Shown here one piece after another: positions 57,038 through 64,000 of a DNA stretch of 64,000 nucleotides. The stretch lies in the NCBI GenBank assembly GCA_050008535.1, contig JBEKML010000001.1, positions 66,246-130,245 on the forward strand, read 5' to 3'. The notes below the pieces were generated by a model. The model was not told the DNA's origin. It worked only from the letters and a program-made list of their open reading frames with translations, and did not search any database. The number at the start of each line of letters is the position of its first letter. Position 1 is the stretch's first letter. The position numbers and the translations under genes are program-made. Origin of the DNA: Minisyncoccia bacterium. GTDB lineage: Bacteria > Patescibacteriota > Minisyncoccia > UBA6257 > 2-01-FULL-56-20.

Positions 57038-57856
57038 CTACGCTTGCTTGTTGAGGACGTAGAAATTCTCGAACAGCTTTGCGACGAGCACCGGTCCGGT
57101 GCCGCCCGGCGTCTTCGTGTAATGGACGTTTTTCGCATCGGCGCCGGCGGGGTCAAAGTCGCCCGCGAGCTTGCCCAGGGCATTGCGGCTGAAACCGAAA
57201 TCGATCACCACCGCGCCCTCCTTCAGGTGCTCCGCACTGAAGAGCCCCGGTTGCCCCGCACCACTTATCACCATATCGGCTCCGCGGAGCCGCGCGTGAA
57301 GGTCCTTCACCTTGCTGTCCAGGACGACGAGCTCTGCCACGCGGTTCTGCAACCAGAAGCCGACCGGCTTTCCGATCAAAAATCCCGCACCCACCATGAC
57401 GACGGTAAGGTCGCGAAGATCGCGCCGTTCAAGTTTCAAAATTTCCTCCACCACCGCCGCGGATGGGGGCATGGCCACGCTTCTCTCCGTATAGAACGCG
57501 CCGAGCGCCGCTTCGCTCAAAAAATCGACGTCTTTCTCTTTTGGGATCGCGTTTAAAACATAATGCCGGTTGATCTTCTCGGGAAGCGGGAGCTGCACGA
57601 TAAATCCTCCACAAGTTATGGGCCGCGCGAGGCGCCCGATCTCCTCGCGAAGTTCATCAGTGGTACTTTCAACCGGCAGTTTATATAAACGGAACTCGAT
57701 GCCGAGCTCTTGCGCCACTTTTTCCTTTTGTTTCAAAAAATTGAGGGAGGCCGGGTCGTCGCCCACGAGCACCGCGCCGAAAAATTTCGCGGGTTTCGGC
57801 AGCCGCTTAAGGCGCTCTATAATTCCGCCCGCGATCGTCTTACCGTCAATTACCAT
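57038..57856 (-). CDS. folD: Methylenetetrahydrofolate dehydrogenase/cyclohydrolase
   Basis: IDGK, VQLPLP, KDVD, PGGTGP. Confidence 0.92.
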   Translation of the reverse strand: MVIDGKTIAGGIIERLKRLPKPAKFFGAVLVGDDPASLNFLKQKEKVAQELGIEFRLYKLPVESTTDELREEIGRLARPITCGGFIVQLPLPEKINRHYVLNAIPKEKDVDFLSEAALGAFYTERSVAMPPSAAVVEEILKLERRDLRDLTVVMVGAGFLIGKPVGFWLQNRVAELVVLDSKVKDLHARLRGADMVISGAGQPGLFSAEHLKEGAVVIDFGFSRNALGKLAGDFDPAGADAKNVHYTKTPGGTGPVLVAKLFENFYVLNKQA

Positions 57857-57880
57857 GCCTACAGCGTATCACCGCTTCGG

Positions 57881-59128
57881 CTAATTTTCCACAGGAAATC
57901 TTTTACAAAGCTTCGCCACTTCTCTTTTCGCGTTCTTATTTTCCACAAGCACCGCGCAGATAAGCCGCGCCACTTCTTTCATCTCCTTCTCCTTCATCCC
58001 GCGCGTCGTCAAGGCCGGAGTACCCAAGCGAATACCCGACGGGTCCATCGGCGGACGCGGGTCGTAGGGAATCGTGTTCTTATTGGTGACTATGCCGTTT
58101 TCTTCCAATCGCAGCGCCGCTTCTTTCCCGGACAGACCGCGCGCTGCGACGTCCATTAAGATCAGGTGGGTATCGCTGCCGCCCGAAACGATGCGCATAC
58201 CGAGGCGCTCAAGTTCCCGCGCAAGCAATCGCGCGTTTTTCACCACCTGCCGCGCGTATTTCTTGAATGCGGGCTGCTTCGCCTCGTAGAGCGCCACGGC
58301 GGTCGCCGCGATCTGGTTCACGTGCGGCCCGCCCTGCAAGCCCGGAAATACCGCCCGGTCTATCATCTTCGCAATGTCTATCTTATTTCGCGCCGCGATC
58401 TTTGATGCACGGTTCATAAAGATCATTGCGCCCCGCGGACCACGGAGGGTTTTATGCGTCGTTGTTGTCACCACGTCAGCGTACGGGAAAGGAGATGGGT
58501 ACGCCCCGCCCGCCACAAGCCCCGCAAAATGCGACATATCCACCATTAAATAAGCATGAACCGAATCCGCGATGCGGCGGAATTTTTTGAAATCGATCAC
58601 GCGCGGATACGCCGTGTAGCCCGCGACGATAAGCCGCGGCCTCTCGCGGCGCGCCATGCGCGCGATCGCGTTGTAATCCAAGAGCTCTGTTTTTTGGTCC
58701 ACACTGTACTGAACGGCATTCCAAAATTTCCCCGTAGCACTCACTTTGTGTCCGTGCGTAAGATGCCCTCCCATGGCAAGCTGCAATCCCATTATTTTTT
58801 CTCCCAACGGTACGAGCGCCAAATATACCGCAAGATTCGCGGGCGACCCCGAGTACGGCTGCACATTCACGTGCCATTTTGACTTCGGCAGCCGGAACAC
58901 CTCGAGCGCCCGCGTACGGCACAAGTTTTCCACTTCGTCCACGTACTCGTTGCCCTGATAGTACCGCGCGGCCGGATATCCTTCCGCATATTTATTCGTA
59001 AAGACCGATCCCAACGCGCGGAGCACTTCCTTTGAAACAATATTTTCCGAAGGGATAAGGTCAAGCGTTTCGCGCTCGCGCCGCGCCTCCTGCGCTATAA
59101 GACGATCCACCAACTTGTCTTTTGCCAT
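57881..59128 (-). CDS. glyA: Serine hydroxymethyltransferase
   Basis: LIPSEN, NKYAEGYP, TTTTHKTLRGPRG. Confidence 0.97.
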   Translation of the reverse strand: MAKDKLVDRLIAQEARRERETLDLIPSENIVSKEVLRALGSVFTNKYAEGYPAARYYQGNEYVDEVENLCRTRALEVFRLPKSKWHVNVQPYSGSPANLAVYLALVPLGEKIMGLQLAMGGHLTHGHKVSATGKFWNAVQYSVDQKTELLDYNAIARMARRERPRLIVAGYTAYPRVIDFKKFRRIADSVHAYLMVDMSHFAGLVAGGAYPSPFPYADVVTTTTHKTLRGPRGAMIFMNRASKIAARNKIDIAKMIDRAVFPGLQGGPHVNQIAATAVALYEAKQPAFKKYARQVVKNARLLARELERLGMRIVSGGSDTHLILMDVAARGLSGKEAALRLEENGIVTNKNTIPYDPRPPMDPSGIRLGTPALTTRGMKEKEMKEVARLICAVLVENKNAKREVAKLCKRFPVEN

Positions 59129-59223
59129 TAGGATAAGGTTACCCTCAAAATCCTTGTGCCGCAAACGGAAAAAATGGCCGCTTGACCCAAATGTGCCGCC
59201 CTTGATAGGATACGAGCATACCA

Positions 59224-59775
59224 ATGGCCATCCCCTCCGCGAAACGCCATCCCACACAAAAGATCGTCAAGGACTACGACACGCTTGCCAAAGCGATCGA
59301 TGGTCTGCGCGCGGTGGATTACAAAGTAGTGGTCACGATCGGCTCGTGGGATATGCTGCACATCGGCCACGTCCGTTATCTCCTGAAAGCGAAAGATTGC
59401 GGCGACGTACTTATTGTAGGGACCGACACCGATCGCGCGATCAAACTGTACAAAGGAGAACTCAGGCCGGTGATCCCCGAAGGAGAACGGACCGAAATGT
59501 TGAGCTACCAATCGTGCGTGGATTTCGTCACACTCGTTGACGATCTTGACGAGAAGGGCTCGTGGCAGTACGGATTGATAAAAAAACTGCAGCCGGACGT
59601 GTTTGTCGCCGTCGAAGACAGTTATCCGCAGGCACAACTGGACGAGATAAAGAAGTATTGCAAGGAGGTTGTTGTTTTCCCGCGGCAGGCGAAAGACACT
59701 TCTACCACGCGCATGATCCAGGACACCATCAAAAAGCAGCTTGATCAGATGTATAAACTGACCGAGAAGCGTTAG
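59224..59775 (+). CDS. Cytidylyl/adenylyltransferase-family protein (RfaE2/TagD-like)
   Basis: GSWDMLHIGHVRYL, KGELRP, STT. Confidence 0.88.
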   Translation: MAIPSAKRHPTQKIVKDYDTLAKAIDGLRAVDYKVVVTIGSWDMLHIGHVRYLLKAKDCGDVLIVGTDTDRAIKLYKGELRPVIPEGERTEMLSYQSCVDFVTLVDDLDEKGSWQYGLIKKLQPDVFVAVEDSYPQAQLDEIKKYCKEVVVFPRQAKDTSTTRMIQDTIKKQLDQMYKLTEKR

Positions 59776-59788
59776 CGAAACTGCGATC

Positions 59789-60619
59789 ATGAAACGGGTG
59801 CTTGTGCTCTATGTGCCGGTCCTCCACGAAGGATATATAAAACTTTTTGAAAAATACCGCGGCAAGGCGGACGCCCTTTATCTTTTGGGTGAAGACATCG
59901 TCGCCGATTTTTTCCCGCTCCATAAGGAAATCCGCGCGCTTGGCTCCGGAACGGCGAAGAACCTGATCTCCGCTTTGAATATTTTCCCGACCGTTGCGGT
60001 GCTTGATAAAAAAGCGGCGGGCGGCCTCCTGGGTGACACCGAAATTATCACGGCGACCGACGAACTCTGCCGGAAAATCATTGAAAAATATTTCCCGAAA
60101 AATCGGGCGGTGTACGAATCGGTATTTCTCCGCTGGGACGAAAAGAACGTAAAAAGTTCCACCGACATAAAATATGACCGGACCTCCGAAGACGGTTTTG
60201 ACCGGGAGATGTGCGCGGCAGCGGCGAACGAGGCGGAACAAAGCTCCGATTGGTGGCGGCATGTGGGCGCCGTGGTCGTGAAAGGCGGGAAAATAATTTT
60301 CAAAGCGCACAATCATCACGTTCCAACGGAACATATGCCGTATATCCAGGGCGATCCCCGTGACGTTATTGAATCAGGAACGTTGAACTTGGTATACAGC
60401 TCGCTCCACGCCGAACAAACCATCGTCGCCGAGGCGGCTCAAAAAGGAATTCCACTCAAAGGAGCGAGTATGTATTTGAATATTTTTCCCTGCCCGCTCT
60501 GCGCAAAATTGATGGCCTATTCCGGCATCAAAAAATGTTTTTTCAAAACCGGTTCCGCCTGGCTGGATGCCGAATCAGTGCTCCGTGCGCAGGGCGTGGA
60601 GATCATTCTTGTACGATAA
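59789..60619 (+). CDS. dCMP deaminase-family protein with N-terminal extra domain
   Basis: LHAEQ...FPCPLCAK. Confidence 0.85.
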   Translation: MKRVLVLYVPVLHEGYIKLFEKYRGKADALYLLGEDIVADFFPLHKEIRALGSGTAKNLISALNIFPTVAVLDKKAAGGLLGDTEIITATDELCRKIIEKYFPKNRAVYESVFLRWDEKNVKSSTDIKYDRTSEDGFDREMCAAAANEAEQSSDWWRHVGAVVVKGGKIIFKAHNHHVPTEHMPYIQGDPRDVIESGTLNLVYSSLHAEQTIVAEAAQKGIPLKGASMYLNIFPCPLCAKLMAYSGIKKCFFKTGSAWLDAESVLRAQGVEIILVR

Positions 60620-60650
60620 GAACGTAGTGGCAAACAAGAAGCACGTCCCG

Positions 60651-61100
60651 TCAACCAACCGGGAACCAAACTATCTTCGCTCTCCCGTTTTTCATTTTGG
60701 ACACAAGAAGGTGTGCATGGATATGACAGACGGAAGAGCCCGTAAATGCGGTATCGCCGAACCGGAGCGCGAGCGCGCCGCCCTTGATGCGGAATTTTTT
60801 TACGGCCCATGCGGCCAAGCGCGCAATGCTTTGCCAATCGTGCGGCGAAAGTTCGTTAATATGCTCCTTGTGCTTTGTTTTGATGATGAGGAAATGATGC
60901 TTTGTGTTTTTATATGGGCTGAAGCTCTCCGTAATGAGCCACCCGCCTTCGCGCCTTAGGATCGGCTTCGTGTGCCATTTGAATGTCTTGGGGCAAAAGG
61001 GGCAGACGCCCTCGTTTTGAATATCGTGGAGGATCGCGCGATAACGAGCGCTTTTTGCCGAGCGCGGATCAACTACTTTAATTTTCTTTTTTCCTTTCAT
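60651..61100 (-). CDS. HIT-family nucleotide hydrolase
   Basis: CPFC, SVCHIHAHL. Confidence 0.88.
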   Translation of the reverse strand: MKGKKKIKVVDPRSAKSARYRAILHDIQNEGVCPFCPKTFKWHTKPILRREGGWLITESFSPYKNTKHHFLIIKTKHKEHINELSPHDWQSIARLAAWAVKKFRIKGGALALRFGDTAFTGSSVCHIHAHLLVSKMKNGRAKIVWFPVG

Positions 61101-61575
61101 AGGTTTTGAAAACGAATCGGTGCGCATGTTTTTCATCAGCTTCGTGCGGCACGGCACCGGTAATGCGCCATTCGTTCTCGTTGAATTCCGGGAAATAAGT
61201 GTCGGCCGGGATCTCCGCGTCCACGAAGGTCAAATACATTTTATCCGCGTACGGCAGCGCGAGTCTATAGATCTCTCCGCCCCCGATCACGAACACGTCC
61301 TCACCGGCCGCAGCGCCCGTCTCCTTGAACGCCTCTTCTATAGAACCGACCACCACGGCCCCGGGCGCTTTGTAGTCTGCATTTCTCGTGATCACGATAT
61401 TTTTCCTTTCGGGCAGCGCCTTGCCGATGGATTCGTACGTCTTGCGGCCCATGATAATAGAGTGGCCGCGGGTGATCTCTTTGAATCTTTTGAGGTCGTC
61501 CGGCAAATGCCACGGGAGCTTGTTGCCGAAGCCAAGTTCCCGATTCCTTCCAATGGCCGCCATAAGTACGATCAT
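61078..61575 (-). CDS. folA: Dihydrofolate reductase
   Basis: LPWHLPDDLKRFK, MGRKTYESI, VIGGGEIY. Confidence 0.96.
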   Translation of the reverse strand: MIVLMAAIGRNRELGFGNKLPWHLPDDLKRFKEITRGHSIIMGRKTYESIGKALPERKNIVITRNADYKAPGAVVVGSIEEAFKETGAAAGEDVFVIGGGEIYRLALPYADKMYLTFVDAEIPADTYFPEFNENEWRITGAVPHEADEKHAHRFVFKTYERKKEN

Positions 61576-62399
61576 AAGGAAACCGGAATTTTGACCGGCG
61601 GATGCGGATCGTAATTCTCTAGCGTGAAATCTTCAAACTTGAAGCTGAAAATATCTTTCACTTCCGGGTTGATCTTCACCTGCGGCAGCGGGCGCGGCTC
61701 GCGCGTCAAAAGTTCCTTCACCGGTTCGATCTGATTCAAATAAATATGCGTATCGGAAAGCGTATAAACGAATTCTTTCGGCTTCAAGCCCGTAACTTGC
61801 GCGACCATCATCAAGAGCAGTGCGTACTCGGCGATATCAAACGGCACGCCGATCGGTACGTCCGCGCTCCGCTGGAAAAGGTGGAGCGAAAGTTCGCCCT
61901 GCGCGTGGAAGAATTTGAAAAAACAATGGCACGGCGCAACGAATACCTTGTCCACTTCGGCCGGATTCCATGCGGTGACCACAAGCCGCCGCGAATCAGG
62001 ATTCGTTTTTAAGTCGCGGATAAGATTCGCGATCTGGTCCACCGGCTTCTCGCCGCCTCCATTGAACGCACGCCACTGTTTTCCATAGATAGGACCGAGG
62101 TCTCCGGGTTCAAGCCCTAATGGTCCGCAAATTTCGGGCGTCGCCCAGATATCCCAGATATGCACGTTGTTTTTTTGCAGATCCTCCACGCGCGTGCTTC
62201 CTGATAAGAACCAAAGCAGTTCGTATACCATCGCCTTGAACGATCCCTTCATGCTCCGCGTCGTGATGAGCGGGAAGCCGTCGTTCAGGTCAAACCGCAT
62301 CTGGTACCCGCACACCGCGATATTCCCCACTTTTTGCGGGTCCGTTTTTTGCTTTCCGTTCTTCAAAACATGCTCTACGAGATCGAGATATTGGCGCAT
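61572..62399 (-). CDS. thyA: Thymidylate synthase ThyA
   Basis: ELLWF, SRRL, PCH, QRSAD, HIY. Confidence 0.96.
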   Translation of the reverse strand: MRQYLDLVEHVLKNGKQKTDPQKVGNIAVCGYQMRFDLNDGFPLITTRSMKGSFKAMVYELLWFLSGSTRVEDLQKNNVHIWDIWATPEICGPLGLEPGDLGPIYGKQWRAFNGGGEKPVDQIANLIRDLKTNPDSRRLVVTAWNPAEVDKVFVAPCHCFFKFFHAQGELSLHLFQRSADVPIGVPFDIAEYALLLMMVAQVTGLKPKEFVYTLSDTHIYLNQIEPVKELLTREPRPLPQVKINPEVKDIFSFKFEDFTLENYDPHPPVKIPVSL

Positions 62400-62420
62400 G
62401 CGTTCATTATAATCCGGTTG

Positions 62421-63089
62421 CTACTTGCCCGACCCCTCTTCTCCTGGCGCAAGGCCTCTGCGCATCAGACGATCCAGTAGATGCAGCCTCGCCCGGTGAA
62501 GTCTCGATTTTACGGTCTCCACCTTCATGCCTGACGCTCCTGCAATTTGTTCGTCTGTCCAATCGTCAAGATGTAACATGAGGACGGTTCTTTCTTCTTC
62601 CTTGAGATTCTCTATCGCTTCACGGAAGAGAGTCACCTGCTGCTCTTGGATCATAAGAGCTTCGGGGTCAGTGCCCGCGGCTGGATTATTCTGCCCCGCA
62701 AAAAACAGTTCTTCAAGATAAAGATCGGTGTCGGCGCCCCGCCTGTCAGCGTGGCGCTTCCGCAACCAACTATAGGCCTCATTGATGGCGATTCTGAACA
62801 CCCACGAAGTAAGCTTGCCCTCTCCTCTAAACGAAGAGAGTCCTATTGTCGCTTTAAGGGTAGCTTCCTGTGCAACATCCTCGTAGTCGTGATCCGTGGT
62901 CGCCCTTCCATTAAGAAATCCCCTTGTTGCTCGCAAAGCAACTTGCGAGCATCTCTCTGCAAATAGTTCTCTGTTTTCGGGCATTAAGTACTCAGCCGCG
63001 GTCATTTCATCAAGCGGGTGGATAGATTTCGCTTCTCTCCCGCCCCCTTCCCCGGCTGCCGATAGTCGCTCCGAAGATGCCTTTCTCAT
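62421..63089 (-). CDS. ECF sigma factor
   Basis: EDVAQEA, FRGEGKLTSWVFRIAIN, TVKSRLHRAR. Confidence 0.88.
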   Translation of the reverse strand: MRKASSERLSAAGEGGGREAKSIHPLDEMTAAEYLMPENRELFAERCSQVALRATRGFLNGRATTDHDYEDVAQEATLKATIGLSSFRGEGKLTSWVFRIAINEAYSWLRKRHADRRGADTDLYLEELFFAGQNNPAAGTDPEALMIQEQQVTLFREAIENLKEEERTVLMLHLDDWTDEQIAGASGMKVETVKSRLHRARLHLLDRLMRRGLAPGEEGSGK

Positions 63090-63216
63090 GAAGGTCATTA
63101 TATCGGACTTCCCGGCAAAAAACAAACTATTGAACCGAACGAAGCTTTACACAAAAACTGATTTGTGCTATTAAATAGCCAGCACCAGGAATTCAAAACT
63201 AACCAAGGAGAAGGGC

Positions 63217-64000
63217 ATGTCAACCATCGCGTATATTTTGCTCGGTTTCACCGTGCTCATGGCTGGCCTCTGGCTGGCCGTGCGTCTCGGAGGGGCGCGT
63301 GAGCGAAGACGGGCGAGGGAAGAAGCCGCCAGAACCGCACTAGCGCAGGCCCCGGCACCGCCGCCGGCCCCAGTGATTCGTCCACCAAAGGACAACTCCC
63401 GGGATCGTCTTCGGGATCGGTTACGCGAACGAAAAGCGGCCGACGCAGATCTGGCCAGCTCGCTTGCCTCGTGCATGACGGAGTTCGGGAACCGCATATC
63501 CGTGGACGAGGTCCTCCGAGCGGCGCTGCAAATCGGTTACTCACCGACCGAAGCCGCCATTGTCATGGCGGAGCGGCAATATCAACCAAAAGAAATCGCC
63601 AGCTTGCTCGTCGAAGAAGGTAAGTTCAGCATCACCGAACTTGGCGACGTCATCATGCCGCTCGTGGAGGGCGAGACCTTAGCGGCAAGGGCGGAAGTAA
63701 CATTCGAAGTCGTCCTGGACGTCCTGGACATCGATGACGAAGACGAAGAGCTCCTGCGATTACCCGTCCACCTCGGATGCTCCGCCGAAGAAGCGGCGGC
63801 GATCGGCTACAACGGGACCGATCTGGATCTCGCATCGGTTCTCAAGAAACTCGGTCTGTGCGCATCGCCGGACGTCGTCGCGGGAATCGCCAAGGCTCTC
63901 GATGTCGATCTGTCTGAAGACGAAGAATACGCGGCTATGCGCAAAGACGGCGATGTTGAATTCGATGCCGCGGCGGCGATTCTGAAAGCCTGCGGCGAGG
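63217..64000 (+). CDS. Membrane-anchored hypothetical protein, 3'-truncated (absent from the ORF track)
   Basis: AAGGAG SD, then MSTIAYILLGFTVLMAGLWLAV..., open to the window end. Confidence 0.75.
   Translation, partial: MSTIAYILLGFTVLMAGLWLAVRLGGARERRRAREEAARTALAQAPAPPPAPVIRPPKDNSRDRLRDRLRERKAADADLASSLASCMTEFGNRISVDEVLRAALQIGYSPTEAAIVMAERQYQPKEIASLLVEEGKFSITELGDVIMPLVEGETLAARAEVTFEVVLDVLDIDDEDEELLRLPVHLGCSAEEAAAIGYNGTDLDLASVLKKLGLCASPDVVAGIAKALDVDLSEDEEYAAMRKDGDVEFDAAAAILKACGE

Noticed and set aside
26900-62400. Many long antisense or alternate-frame ORFs (e.g. 39695-40930, 43555-44502, 55353-56390)
   Set aside because: They are shadows of GC-rich, well-identified genes on the opposite strand and carry no motifs.

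Overview
Window from a Patescibacteria/CPR (Parcubacteria-like) chromosome. The assignment is inferred from a VirB2-like pilin array, a large PG-binding S-layer-type protein, a 4-domain S1 and tRNAs without encoded CCA; genetic code 11. Positions ~452-13398 are a ~12.9-kb integrative, phage-satellite-like element inserted at the 3' end of tRNA-Arg(GCG). It carries a large serine recombinase, TerS-like HTH proteins, a replication initiator with internal iterons, DUF5659, surface/membrane cargo and a GHKL-ATPase + m4C-methyltransferase pair. The att core (GGGCAC) lies inside the recombinase gene and in frame, so integration appears to swap the enzyme's last 38 aa for 28 aa read from the antisense of the tRNA. 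The rest is mostly housekeeping: DsbA, two ECF sigmas, HU, S-layer, galU-like, clpB, htrA, iscS, PMM/PGM, ftsK, recA, pnp, rpsO, Xer, pilins, gyrA, rpsA, six more tRNAs and a folD-glyA-dCMP deaminase-folA-thyA cluster. The strongest unexplained signal is a dispersed family of five 68-72-bp intergenic hairpins with a nearly invariant centre, GAGCCCTTCT(T/G)AGTACTC, and divergent but (near-)perfectly complementary 28-30-bp arms. Also notable: a 10-bp motif (ATGACTATGA) on the start codons of four island genes, widespread leaderless-type promoters and a ~205-nt structured ncRNA candidate in the tRNA cluster. All calls come from reading the sequence; no database searches were run.
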